From Haliotis cracherodii (lineage: Eukaryota): DNA of 64,000 nucleotides. Under the pieces are notes generated by a model. The model was not told the origin of the DNA. It made no database searches and was given only the letters and a program-made list of their open reading frames with translations. A program made the position numbers and the translations under genes. This document shows positions 37,701 through 50,400 of this stretch, piece by piece. Location of the stretch: contig NW_027266341.1 in assembly GCF_022045235.1 (NCBI RefSeq), positions 7,626,001-7,690,000 on the forward strand, given 5' to 3'. Within the stretch, counting starts at the first letter, position 1, and each line of letters begins with the position of its first letter.

Positions 37701-40178
37701 ATTCTTGTCCTCACATGTGTGTGGTAAATGTTGCAAATCGGTCATTCAGATCATAACTCCCTAACACCGTGGATCTGTATTCATCATGAGGAAAATGTAT
37801 CCCTTCCTTATCATCACGCTTGGTGAAAATTACTCTTGTATTCCCAACATATATGTGGTAAGCGTCTGCATATAACCTTACACTTCCAGGTACCTTTTAC
37901 AGATCTTTACAAGACCAGGCGGTTTCGTCCCTTCCAGAACCTCCTTTTGCTTCAGTGCCTGAGTTGTTTGGAAACAGTGATGTCATTTCGACAACCGACA
38001 GAGATACAAAGTATAACACTGAGATGCGCACGCATGTATTTGAGACTGGGGAGTCTCAATCCTGGGCAGTTGCAGAATCTGGACAAAGCGAGCTCATGAC
38101 TTCAGTTGGTTGGGATGGATATTACCCCACGTCAGTGTCGACACAGAACACTGGGTCGTATAGGTCTGAACGTTCATTCCCTAGCCAAACGGGAATCATC
38201 TCATCTCTCAGTGGAGACGCTTATCATGACGCGGATATATTGATACATCCAGAAACAGACAGGACCATCGTTGGGAACGTGCTTCAGACAGTAACTGTGT
38301 ACTCTTTATCTGCGTCGCATCAAAGTAGTCTGAGATCAAACGGTATAGAATCACTAGATGCGTACCCTTCCCCAAATACGATGAGTAGATCGGTCAGTTC
38401 GATGAAATCACCCCATGATCTTAGAACGGACGCCTTTGGAGAACTTTCGTTACATACTGGAGATGTTCGCAGAAATACACACTGGGAAATGTCATTTGGT
38501 GAAGTTTCATTCTCGGGTACATCTGTAACATATTTCACATATAGCGACAGGTATGCCACTACTAGACTCGATGGTCACAGTACTGTTGAGGTAAACGAAC
38601 TGTATCCTACCCCCGTTGCTGAAACTTTATCAAACAGTTTTGGAGTGGAAGAAACAGACATCTTGAAACCAATCTCCAGTGGGCTTGTTGATGTGTCTCA
38701 GTCCATCGCTCAGATTACAGAAACTCCCGCTGCTGTCATCAGTGCTGAAAGTGCTCATATTGTCACATCTGGTCCTTGCACTGTCAGCCATGGTGCAGAA
38801 GCACCATCCCCATCTTCATCGTTGGTAAGGGTTCCACTTTGTTTGTTTTCACGCACTGTGATGTGACCAGTGTGAAGTAGGATTTTCGCCGTTGAAAGCA
38901 ATACGACAGCAGTGTGATAGCAAATACAACCTTAGATGACATAGACTGGTACTTGGCAGAAGTACTCCTGTACGGCGTCAGACCATAAACAGTTACTTTT
39001 TAAGAAAAGAGGTGGGTGCATCCTGTAGGAAAGGTCATGCCTATCCTTTTCGGGAACATCTGGTGTCATCACTGATTTTCAGTAACCAACTCATACACCG
39101 CTATTTTTCTTTTTACGCCCAGTAGAACTTGTTTCGGCAGATAATCGAGCCTGGTTATTATCTGACATTGACGTTTGTTATTTACCACAAGTAACACCAA
39201 AAATAAAGCGACTAATAAATCTGACATATTGTAATTTTTACAACTCTGACACCAAATATTCCCAATAAAAAGTGAATCGTATCCCACGCGAAGCAGCCTT
39301 TCTGACACATTTTAGCGTTACCCTTTTTCCAAAGTTTAATATATGAATATAATCATTTTTTCACTTCTAATTTCCTTCGTCATCGATTCTTATGAATGTA
39401 TACTCCTCCATACAATGAACGCGAATGCATTGTATTGTGGCATTTGTTGGATTCATTGAATGGATCAACGGAAAGCAGCTGAATTATCACCTGTGACACA
39501 CGATGCCACCGTATACACCAGCTGCTGGTGTGGACATGATATGTCAAAGGCCAAAGCCATCTGCAATTAGTCGACTTCATGTATACAGTTCAATGCTCAT
39601 ACACTTAACACTTTCCATCTCCACGATGGAGGCGTGACAGGCCTTTGGCTCAAAATCCTGCCTCACACATGCGGGTCCTCGCCGCCTTGGCTGAAATCCT
39701 ACGCATATCTGGTATGGCGGATGTTCAAGAGGCTGTCGTGGTGGTCTGTACGTAACGAGCCATTGTTATTGGCTCTGGTGGTCTCCGTATGTGGGAAAGT
39801 CATTTGTTGTCCGATGGTGTTGACCTAATCCTCTTACTTCTTCTCCAGCAAGCAAAGTCTCCTGTGCGGCGTCTGTTATCCTCAAGCTGTATATGTCCGT
39901 GCTCCAAGATCACCAATCTGAACAAGGATGAACTGGATGAAGTGACAAGGAGAATTGGGCAGAGGCTTGCTTTGGATAAAGCCAACCTGTCCGCTACTAT
40001 CAGGAAGCACATCAGTGTCTGGGACGCAAGAAGTTCCTCCCGGACAATAGGAGTAGTTGGGGTCAGTCTCATCATTGGGGTCATCTCCGGGGTCATCCTG
40101 CTGGACGTTGGAGCACTGTTCAGAGACTTCAAAACTCTCTACAGAGACGTGAGGACCTTGTGTGCTTCTAAGGTTTGA
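31331..40178 (+). CDS. Gene B: IgGFc-binding domain + acidic DNDCDG repeats + TSP1 + Ser/Thr stalk + TM type-I membrane protein, ~979 aa, 8 coding exons
   Basis: Exons 31331-31354, 31734-31779, 31928-33198, 34117-34210, 35707-35760, 37011-37196, 37890-38824, 39849-40178. All GT-AG, phases compatible, 2940 nt = 980 codons. Confidence 0.85.
31928..33198 (+). CDS. Gene B exon 3, IgGFc-binding (FCGBP N-terminal-like) domain
   Basis: NNGKEFVLTFM...SNDAFLGLPTDVLG...DLTGSRIDSDKPVSVFSGN...DHLVEQIPPVEAWG...ADPSMILIPP...TYGFPTGMRL; ends GCG|gtaagc. Confidence 0.93.
34117..34210 (+). CDS. Gene B exon 4, DGxDNDCDGxxDE (MopE-like putative metal-binding) motif
   Basis: ccgcag|TTG TGT; LCTATSSTDGDGVDNDCDGFIDEELCLPGDD; G|gtagg. 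Confidence 0.85.
34271..34442. mobile_element. pogo/Tigger-like MITE
   Basis: TA|cagtcaaacctcgttgt ... acaacgaggttcgactg inverted termini; related remnants at ~43350-43436 and ~44830-44916. Confidence 0.7.
34470..34632 (-). mobile_element. SINE family A, diverged
   Basis: Homology to consensus. Confidence 0.75.
35422..35585 (+). mobile_element. SINE family A
   Basis: TSD tctactcctcgg. Confidence 0.92.
35707..35760 (+). CDS. Gene B exon 5, second acidic DxDGxxDEDC motif
   Basis: aatag|AT GAT; DDDDMDGYLDEDCAKTIP; G|gtaaat. Confidence 0.8.
37011..37196 (+). CDS. Gene B exon 6, thrombospondin type-1 (TSP1) repeat
   Basis: VDGFWSDWGAWGDCSQDCGEGMQTRTRSCDAPAPAFDGQPCAG (WxxWxxW, CSxxCG, RxRxC). 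Confidence 0.92.
37890..38824 (+). CDS. Gene B exon 7, Ser/Thr-rich low-complexity stalk
   Basis: 935-nt open frame bounded by ttccag|GT and TTG|gtaagg; phase 1->0 joins the TSP1 exon to the last exon in frame. Confidence 0.7.
39849..40178 (+). CDS. Gene B last exon: CxCxC juxtamembrane module, TM helix, short tail
   Basis: ctccag|CAA GCA; CICPC...IRKHISVWDARSSSRTIGVVGVSLIIGVISGVILLD. Confidence 0.87.
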   Translation, partial: QAKSPVRRLLSSSCICPCSKITNLNKDELDEVTRRIGQRLALDKANLSATIRKHISVWDARSSSRTIGVVGVSLIIGVISGVILLDVGALFRDFKTLYRDVRTLCASKV

Positions 40179-40539
40179 TTGATCCCGTGATAGCGATGTG
40201 GTATCGTGGTTTCTGGTTGAACATGTACATATAACCATAATGGGCAGAACATCCTTATGTCTATGAATCGATCAAGAAACAAATGTTCCTTGCATAATAA
40301 TTGTTGCATTTTGCATTGCTTGTAAATTGATGTATTATTATTATCAATAATCGTTTGGCCAATTCTTCTCGTCGTCCCGTCATATTTTCTTTTACTACCA
40401 GTGGTTCAAGCTGATAAGATTTCATAATATGTCGTGAAAGATGTTAATTAAGACAAATCCACACAATAAATCAGAGACTTTCTTTCTTAAAATCGTGCGA
40501 TTAAATATCCCTGCGTTCCATGCAATGTATCAATACTGA

Positions 40540-40704
40540 GTTAGTGAGTGAGTATGGTCTTACGCCGATTTTAGCAATATTCCAGCAATATCACGGCAGG
40601 GGCACACCAGAAATAGGCTTCACACATTGTACCCATGTCGGGAATAACCCGGGTCTTCGGCGTGACGAGTAGACGCTTTAACCACTAGACTATCCGACCG
40701 ACCC
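40540..40704 (-). mobile_element. SINE family A
   Basis: TSD gtatcaa[t/a]actga. Confidence 0.9.
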
Positions 40705-40848
40705 GTATCAAAACTGAAAATAATGACTTTGTCCATTCCTTTAGTGGATGGTACAAAAGTGGTGGTTAAAGCGTTCTTGACACTGTCATTTCAGTCCAAT
40801 AAAGGAACCATATGTGATGGGCGACATATGATGTACACATGTACGCTA

Positions 40849-40991
40849 CGAGGGGAGTTCAATAAGTTTTGCAACTTCAATATAAAGGACCAAGTGAGGT
40901 GAATGAAGATTATATTGAAAAATAAAAGGGCAAAAGATATTTTGCATTTTTGTCTTATGTTGAAGTTGCAAAACTTATTGAACACCCCTCG
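40849..40991. mobile_element. mariner-type MITE (143 bp)
   Basis: TIR cgagggg[a/t]gttcaataagttttgcaacttcaa, preceded by TA. Confidence 0.85.
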
Positions 40992-41027
40992 CATGATAAT
41001 GCTCTACGTGTAATCCTCGCAATTATG

Positions 41028-41189
41028 CGTGAATGAGTTTAATTTTACGCCGCTTTTGGCATTATTCCAGCAATCTCACGGCGGGGGACACCAGAAATAG
41101 GCTTCACAAATTGTACCCATGTCGGGAATCGAACCCGGTTCTTCGGCGTGACGAGCGAACGCTTTAACCACTAGACTACCCGACCGCCC
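41028..41189 (-). mobile_element. SINE family A
   Basis: TSD ctcgcaa[t/a]tatg. Confidence 0.9.
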
Positions 41190-41559
41190 TCGCAAATATG
41201 AAAAGAAACAAGCGTTTCAACTTGTACAATAAGGTACATAATTTATTACTGCAAGATATCTATACCAAAAGCTCCAAGTACAAAAGAGTATGACAGAATA
41301 CGTTTCTGCAAAATGAAAACGTGAATATTGGCATCATGTTATGATTTTCTTGTTGCGTTTTAACCCTGTACAGTTACGAACACATATGACCTTCCTATTC
41401 ATAATACCGGGAGATACGTGTACCCATGTGGAGCATTAAAGTTAACAAAATGGTCGCCATGATAGTTTAGCTGAGGGTTGATCGATGACATCTGCATGCA
41501 AATAGTTGGTCCTAGAAGCAATGGTGTGGGAGAGAGATATATCTGACCCTTTACCAAAA

Positions 41560-42430
41560 ACAACTTGTCATAAATTTGATTTCTTAAGGCCAAAATGGTT
41601 GTTCAAATTACTGGGATGAACAGGTTTACCTTTTGTTAACTTATTAAGAGATGTTCAAAAGGAGAAAACCATCCGAGAGGTGGGAGAAGAAAAAAATCAA
41701 CACATAGAGACACCCGGTCATTGTTGAAACTTGTAAGTGTAAAAGAAGGAAGTCTTTACATGATAGTTCCTCACTACTTAACCCGTCATCACAAGTGACT
41801 CCATCAAAGTGGACAATACAAAGGCTTTTACATGGAAATGGTTACCGGAGACGGGTAGTCAAAAAGAAAACATCTCCTCTCAAAATCGGTTCAAGCGGAG
41901 GGCCTTTCGCTAGATCCCATCTACACTGGACTGTCAAACAACATTTTTCCGAAGTTATATTTGCAGGAGAAACTCGGGTTGCAGTAGGTGAAGATCAGAA
42001 AGTTCAGGTTTGGAGAACTAATGAAAAACAGTGGAAGCCGAGATGCCTTGGTGTGAACAAAGAACTGAGTGACATGTTTTGGGGCTGCGTTTGTTTTAAA
42101 AGGTGTTGGTACCACTGTGGATGGTCATCAAAAGCCATCATATGGCCAGTTATTGCCAAAGTTCCAACTGACAAAGGATGTCTTTTTCAAGAGGATAATT
42201 GCCCTGTAGAGAAGCAACTCAGTGGAAACACGACAATTATATTCAGACTATGATATCGCCCCGAGTCCCCAGACTGTAATATCATAGAAGATGTGTGGAG
42301 AACTCCGAAGATTAGGCTGACGAGACAGTTACATGAAATCAAAACCAAACAGGACCTCATTGACCAGGTTATTGACATCTGGACGTCATTGACTACAGAG
42401 TACTTAAAGCCACTATATGCCAAAGAGAAT
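41560..42430 (+). mobile_element. Decayed Tc1-like transposase
   Basis: TIQRLLHGNGYRRRVVKKK, HLHWT, VIFAGETRV, MFWGC, FQEDNCP, PESPDCNIIEDVW. Confidence 0.8.
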
Positions 42431-44241
42431 GTGACAGGTACTCTTGGCAAATGTCTGCATTTACTAATAACTTCATTTTCACGTAACGTAATAATCTGTG
42501 ATCACAATCAAAGCAGTTTTACGGCGGCCATTGTGTGAACTTAATATGGCACCTGAGTGCTCCAATGATTACAAGAGTGTGAACATTGTCTGGTTATTGT
42601 GACCATATGGCTGCATACAATTCTTTTATCTAATAATGTAGCATATACTGTTTGAAATCAAGCAAGGAATAAAAACATTTGTTGTTTGACATCGTGTATA
42701 TTCCCTCAAGAATCACCAGCTACCATCATTTTACATACGACCTACACGAAACGACACTATTAATGATAACACCTCAAGTATGAAAACACATTTCGTCAAT
42801 GTTAATACAACAGATTACCGGTATTTGGCCGGAACGTACAACACCACGGCATGCCATGACGCCATGGCGCAGTGGATGACGTCACAGGTGTCCACGACAT
42901 TTGAACCGATGGAAATAGGAATGCAGAGAAATCCACTAAGTGTTCACACGTTTTTGTACGTTAGAATACTACGCTAGATATTCTTATAACGGAGTAGACA
43001 CCAATTCGTTCTACGAACTGTTTTCGGCCCTGTAAGCAATTTGGAACAGACCAACCAGTGATTGATATTATGAGCAACGTCTCACGACGTCGGAGTAGGA
43101 TGGCACACAATCTACCAAGCCATCAAGCCCAGTAACCCGAGCAATTTAGTCGCCATTTACAAGCAGAGATAACCATCATACCTATCCTCTGAGATAACAT
43201 CTCGTTCGTGACATATTGTGTATATATTCCCGCCAGTAACCATATACATGCGCTGAAACAACGCTACCATACCTGTCATAATATATGGCCTTAATAAGAT
43301 AATACACAATTCTGGTAGGTAATTCGTAATGAGCATATATACAGCATGTATACAGTAAATGGCCGGGACTAAAAAACATTTCGTTATATCCGGCAGGTGG
43401 TTATAAGCGTGTTCGTTATGAACGTAGTTTACTGTATATAGTTAAGGTGATGGCAAAATAACTCGTCGGTCTCATTTTGGAGAATCTAAGAAGAGTGAAC
43501 AAACCTACACGACTGATATACATATCGATAAAATTGAAAACAATATGATCTCAGAGTATGTAAGAAAACAGGAGGAATTAAACAGAGCATCATCAAATGG
43601 TTCATAGTGTCATGGTTGAATGGAATATAACATCCATTTAGCGGTGCCAACTTTTAACGGTTCTATTAATTTGATAGCTTACGCTGACACACTCAAATTT
43701 AAAGAAAGTTTCCATAACTGAGGAACCAACCAGAAGAGTATTTTGCATGTAGCTTTTCAATCCCTTCCTGAATATTGTACACAGTCATCTCGGACATAAA
43801 GAAATTCACTTTGAACACAAAGTAATGGCCACATTCCGAGCATCACAGTGGTTTATATTTCTATTAAGATAGATCTTTCCGTGCTGCATCCAATGTAAGG
43901 TGTATACGACACATTTCTTTCGTTTTCAACACAGTTTAATAATCAACTCATAACCTTTTTTTCAAATTCTGTGCTGAAAGGCGAAAAAGTGTTTTCCTGA
44001 TTTTTGCGTATACCGACAAAATATAATTCATAATCTGATACAAATTTGGTTGTACATGAATAGTGATGTTTTAATGTGTTTTTAAACTTGTGTACTAAGT
44101 TTTACATCTACGCTTTTGAATACATAAAATATACAAAAATATATTGTGCTAAGATCACTTTCAGAATTCAGAATAAAATACAAGGTTTTAAAAAGTCAAT
44201 ATTTTCTAAATGTCACCAGTTCTTCACTAAAATGTCCAAAT

Positions 44242-44432
44242 CTATCCATAATATCCATATAAAAATGAAAACACACAAAGAAGTATTACAGCATTGATAT
44301 CTAAGAAGAGATTTATATTTTGTGGTATTCTAAGACTGAATTTTTCTTGTATTAGGTCAACCATGGTCCTCTCGTCAACGCCGTCTTCTACCTTGACGTC
44401 AAGCGTCTTCGTTGTGTCGGCATCATCATCAA
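44242..44432 (-). CDS. SLC5A last coding exon with terminal TM helix
   Basis: ...[23 protein letters not shown], typical SGLT C-terminal helix. Confidence 0.85.
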
Positions 44433-47400
44433 CTGTAATGAAACAAAAGTAACTGTATTAACATGTCCGCTTATGGATCCTACTCGTTAGACATTTCAAA
44501 AGCCCTGTTCAAAGAATAGGCTCATTTTTATTTAGTTATTCATTTTGTTGGCAGTCGATAGAAGCGAATATGACTAGCCCCAAATCACTGACCTTTCACA
44601 CTACAGTGATTAGGATATAGCCTTAGAAGTATTATACTTTCTGTCTATAACAAGCAATGACTAGAATGAGGAAATTGACAGATTTTAACATAATAGATTT
44701 GTAACATGTATTTACCTATGCTGTGTATTGTATGCCATTAGGTGATTAATAAACATAATACATATACACAGCACACATTTGTTATTTGTCTAGTAACATG
44801 AGGTCCTGTGACTTGATCCAAGATGTCCGACAGTCAAAAATACTTAAAACGAACTACGGTCATAACGAACTGAAATTAGTGGTCCCTTTGAGTTTGTTAT
44901 AAACGTAGTTTACTGTAATTAAATGGTAAGGGGGTGCACCACTGGAATATTGCTGAGTGCGGCGTTAAACAACAAACGAAACAGAAATAAACAAAGGAAG
45001 GTATTAACTTTTCATACGCTCGTATGTACATCGATCCATACATCAATGTCTATTTTTCTTTCCATCGAGAAAAGAAACATTAGGAACTAAAGGGAATTAA
45101 CTTTTTGATTTTTCATATAATACACATGCCATTTCTTTGCACGAACGACAATTGATATTCATGTATGAGAATAATGAAAACAAAAATTACAGGAGAGCGC
45201 CTATTTGTCCGTTCCAACCGACCTTACGGTTTTCTAAAATAAATCCGTCAACTGTGAATGACGAGTCCTTACTCTGTTTGCTGGTCTTGTTGGTTTGCTC
45301 TTGTTCCTTCATTCTGTATGTTGCGTTATCCCGGGTGATCTTTTTACGAATACTCCAGTATGTTAATCCCTCCGTCTGTAAACAGCGAAAGTAGTCAATT
45401 ATTACCATCGGCCTCGGTCATCAAGGGTATTACGCCTTCATTTTAGTCAATCTCATTAAAATCAGACCTTAGTTCTCGCTACCGCTAAACAAAGATCTCA
45501 GGACATCCCATTACGGGTCACGTCAGACCGACCTTGTGCGAACTTTGACCGACCAATCGAATGACCAATCAGAAGGCAGCTTTCTCGTGCTTTACGGCAC
45601 TAATTCAAAATTGGCGACTACGCTTCGAAACATATTTTGACAAATTCTCGACTACAAATTTGAAACCTAAACAAAAAACATTTTGGAATGGCTAATAGAT
45701 GGTTTAGATTGTATGGATTCAGTCGTTAAACCTGTAACTATCGTTCGGAATACCCCGTGTAGGTTGTATGATTAGAAATCACATTCCGACTGTCACTTTC
45801 ATGATCTGGTAAGCGACGTTCTCATTGGTCGGATGAAAGGTCGGTCTGACGTGACCCGTAATGGGATGTCTTCAGATCTTTGATTAGCGGTAGCGAGAAC
45901 TAAGGTCTGATTTTAATGAGATTGTCATTTTAGTGTAACAATTATGAATGCCCTTGACCCCTGCACTACGGTTCATTCGCCTACCGAAAAGAACTGTAAA
46001 AAAGAAGTACTACATTTTTAATAATAACTTCCGCGGTAATACGACCATCGAATCAGCTGTTTCAATCAGAAAAGACTTTTGCGGTTTGACCAGTCAGAAT
46101 AAGTACATGGTTTAATTTGTCCTTACGAATACCACGAATATGAACTGCTGCAGTTTCGAATAAGGAAGTGTGTACAAGCAGTCCATAATGTCGATGGACG
46201 TGAAAATATAAATTCCTGTCATTTTAAACATAATTTGAATACAACGAACTGATATTCAATTCAAGAAAAGATCGACCTCAGTAGACATTACAGAGGTCTA
46301 TCTGCGCCCATGATATCATTAAATAAACATACCACATCGATTATTTAGCGATTCATTGAAACGAGGTAACACAAATTGCACACATTGTTCTCCTTAGCAT
46401 TCAATCACGTTAACCCAATTTCGTTATAGTAAGTGAACACCCTTTATTTAAAACTCCCACAGAAACAAAGAAAGATCTAACTAAAAATACCATCGGGTAA
46501 TTACGACTAATTCCAAAATTCTCAGTTTTAAGGAATACTCTACTTTACTTTATAGTATACATATACAGCCGAAAACCAACTTTTTAAGCTTTTATTTTAT
46601 TATTGTTATGTACCAATGAAATTTAAAAAATGCAGCAAAGAGGGTTTGGGTAATCCTGGCACAGTCAGGGTCAACATCAGCTCAGGGCCCTTGCCAGCAG
46701 CCCAGGCACCGAATGGGACTTCTCCCAGGAAGCGCTGCCTAGTCGAACACACCCAGAACTTTTCGGAGAAAGTGACGACTCCCCATGCTGCACAAGGGGA
46801 TCATCAGACAAAGATAAGTGTGCAAAAGTGCACTAAACAATTCTATCATGAGGAGCCTCTAAGTTAAACAAACCACTCCCTCCCATTATAACTGGGAAAT
46901 ATAAGCACTTGAGGGAAGAGAGAGGGTCGTGGGATCAATTGTCTGACATGATTCTTCGTATGAGGTGTCAATACTGAGAAGTTCCTGTTTCGTCCGATCA
47001 GAAACACCAAAAGAATTGGAAAGGACGTATAGGCGTGATCTTCCACGAGATGGTCAACAACTATTCCCCCAAGTGAACTGACTGATCCCCCCTCTTCTAC
47101 CTTGCCACGTATCAGATGAAGCATGTTGCATTTGTAGAGCCCAAAGGACATGCCAATATCATTAGAAAATGGCTCGACAAGAAAAATCTGAGTATTTTTA
47201 GTGGACCTCCTTTGGCAAGAATGTCAAGGTCATCCATGTAAAGGAGTAGTAAGGGGTGATCTCTACTGAGGAGATCAAGGATGATAGTATTCCTCTTTGC
47301 TGAGCAAAAAAGCTTAAAGGATTCGTTGACAAACAGAAAAGCAAAGGACTTTAAGAATGCCACTGAAATATTCTTCCTCTAATAGAAGTTCCGAAGTTAC

Positions 47401-50400
47401 CACCTGCCCCTGCGAATACAACTCAAGTTGAGTTGACATGCGAAGTGAGTGACTGAATGATGTATGACGCTGCAGTCAACAATGTTCTAATTTTACCACA
47501 GTGGTCTGTAAGCGACTGGACCAGGGCAACCAGTGGTTGATAGCATGAATACGCTGACACACTTCCAGGTTACACATCCCAATCTCCCTCTGACAGCAAG
47601 CATTGAATACTGAGGACCATTTATTCTCAGTATCAGTTGGGACTTCTATGTACATGCAATAACAATAGTTTGCTGACATCAACCAGTTTGAAAACGTTTA
47701 GTCCGCTATTCAACATACATCGAGTTATGGGAACCGTCTCCCCTTACAAAGGGAGATAATCGGTGAAACGGTACGGTTCAGGATTGACTACTTACAAGTT
47801 CCTTGTCCGGCTTTTCCGTCATGAGGCTCACGGCAAAGGCAATAATGGTGGTCACGCAGAGGACAATCCCCGAGAAATAAGTGAAATGCACCTTAGACAC
47901 CACAGTGGGCCTGTCGTCCACGTTGCCGCATCCAGGGGAGGGGTACACGAAGTCCAGGACGAGGCGACAGACCCCAACAACTTGTCCTACTGCCACGCCC
48001 CAAAACGCACCCTATTATGTACAAAACACATACATTATCCCAATTTGCTTTATCGAGGTAAATCCCCAAGAATTCTGACTTTTTTAACATATTCAAAACT
48101 TTGAGTTGACAAGGCTTCACTTAACTGAATATCACAACATTAATAAAAGTAGGGATGATATAAGCTTATGATGACGAGGAATGTAGTACTGAGGACAATT
48201 ACAAACAAAATATGAATATACCAACGGAAAAACGTAACTGTGCTTCATTATACTGCAGTTTCTGAAACTAAATAATGCATCTTTCAATACATATTCATGC
48301 AGACATCGGTCGTGATTCCGGTCGTGATTCACGATTTGCACGTGCATGTTTGCGGCGTACAATTTGGATGTTTGCGTGTTTGATTGGGAGCATGATACTC
48401 ACACACGTGGTTGTTTAATGTGAACAGCACACAATTACTGCTCATAAAAATACTCTTTGGTTTTGGTGCTTCACTCCGCGGACACTTGAATGTTCATCGA
48501 AACACAACATCATCTCTTTGGAAACGTTATCTACAGCAGGGCAACATTCATGACTTGCCACGCAAACAAGGCAACCCTTTTCGGTTGATGCATTTACGGA
48601 ATCGATATCAAACTGCCACATTAACAGCTCGGACAATTCCTGGGTTTAGTCCAATTATCGGCAGACCCGTACACAACCGATTGAAGGAGCACAACATCGG
48701 ACCCCGACGTCCAGCGACTCGCCCAATGTTCCTTTCACTTCACCTTTAGGGTCGCCTAGCTTGGTGTAGACAGCGTCTGAGGTTAAGAATAGAAGGTTCA
48801 GAATACAAGACTGGGTCATATATTGTTCACTGATGAGTCCAGGCCTCTTCAGGACAGTTCTGATGATCGTGCAAAGGTCTACAGACTTCCAGGAGAACGT
48901 TTTAGCGACGTTTGCGTTACTCAACGTCGTCGTCAGTTTAGGGGTGGAAGTGTTACGGTAAGGGGTGGCATCACCACTCATGGATAAACACAACTCATTG
49001 TTAATGGCAATGTGTGTGGCGTACGCTACCGGGACGACATCTTTCGCGATCAGGTTCTACCTCTTGTGCAATGCAGGGACGTAACGTCACGTAGCAGCAG
49101 GATAATGCCCGCCCACGTTTTGCACGTGTTGTGCATATATTTTGAGGCAGCACAACATTGCTGTTGTGCCATGCTCGCTGTTTCTCTGGGATGAGATAGC
49201 CGACGCCTACGACAAGACCAGAACCATTTGACATTTGGAACAACATCACCCAGGATATTTTCCACCCTCTGATATCTTCAAAGCGCTGCGGCTGCCTCGC
49301 CTGTATCAACGCAGATGGTGTTCACACCCGATTGTAATTGAGTTGTTCATACCCCTCTTTTAAGGCGTGTCGTTCTGTCTCCTATCACCAGGTATTGTTT
49401 TTCTGAGCGTTGTTATTTTTCTATGACATGACATTTCCAAACTTTATATGTATCACGGTTTACTATTTTCCTTTTGAATAAAACAAAATTATTTGTATCA
49501 TCCAAAACTTGCTTCGATATCACTTTAAAGTAACTACATCACAATGCTTTGCAGACCATTGTGATGTCATCACAATCAAAGGGCATCACTGATATTTCTG
49601 CCACTGAAGTTGGTTATATACTCAAGACACTAGTTATTACTGTTTTGAAATGAAAAAACTCTTAGAATAATGAGTTTGGAAATGTTTCAGTTGAATCTCA
49701 CCCTCGTATCTTTTGACATCAGATATATACTCACCGACAAAAGAAACTCGAATACCATATATGTCGGTTAATATATGAAGAATTACTCATATTCGAGGGG
49801 TATAATTAGATTGGTTTGATGTACACACGAACATACTGGTTTGTTGTGTGAACCGACGCTGATGAACGCATCACATGTGACGTTATTGATCCATGACTCG
49901 GGATACACCATTTGTCTTTTGTAGGATTAGCCTGTTAAGTCCGGAAATCACGAGCAGCAAAGTGTAATACAAATAAAGTCACGCTGTGGTAACGTTAAAA
50001 CTTGCCTGAATATTTGGTACTCATTGGAAACATATATGTTTAACGTACACACCTCTATGTATGTGTCTATGGTTAGAATTCTTTTGGCGGTGAGTACATT
50101 ATCACTTCTCGACGAGCTTCAGCGTTTTAACTTTTATCGAATCGTGTTGATATATTTGATATCAAAGACACTCGGGCAGAGTTTCCCAATACAACTCCAC
50201 AAGAATCGATGTTAATAGCACACCAAGGTCGAGATACATTACTTTGTAAACATTCTATAATTACATATTCACAAAATAGTATTGATAATGTACTGGCCTT
50301 TTCATTAATTCTGGGTACAAATATAGCGAGGATGAAGAGGGCGCAGATAGGTGGCGCAATGTAGCCATTGACAGCCTGGATGTAGAGGAAGAGTTGCCCT

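Noticed and set aside
39400-39800. Possible extra exon in gene B last intron
   Set aside because: No clear acceptor/donor pair with an open phase-0 frame; exons 7 and 8 already join in frame.
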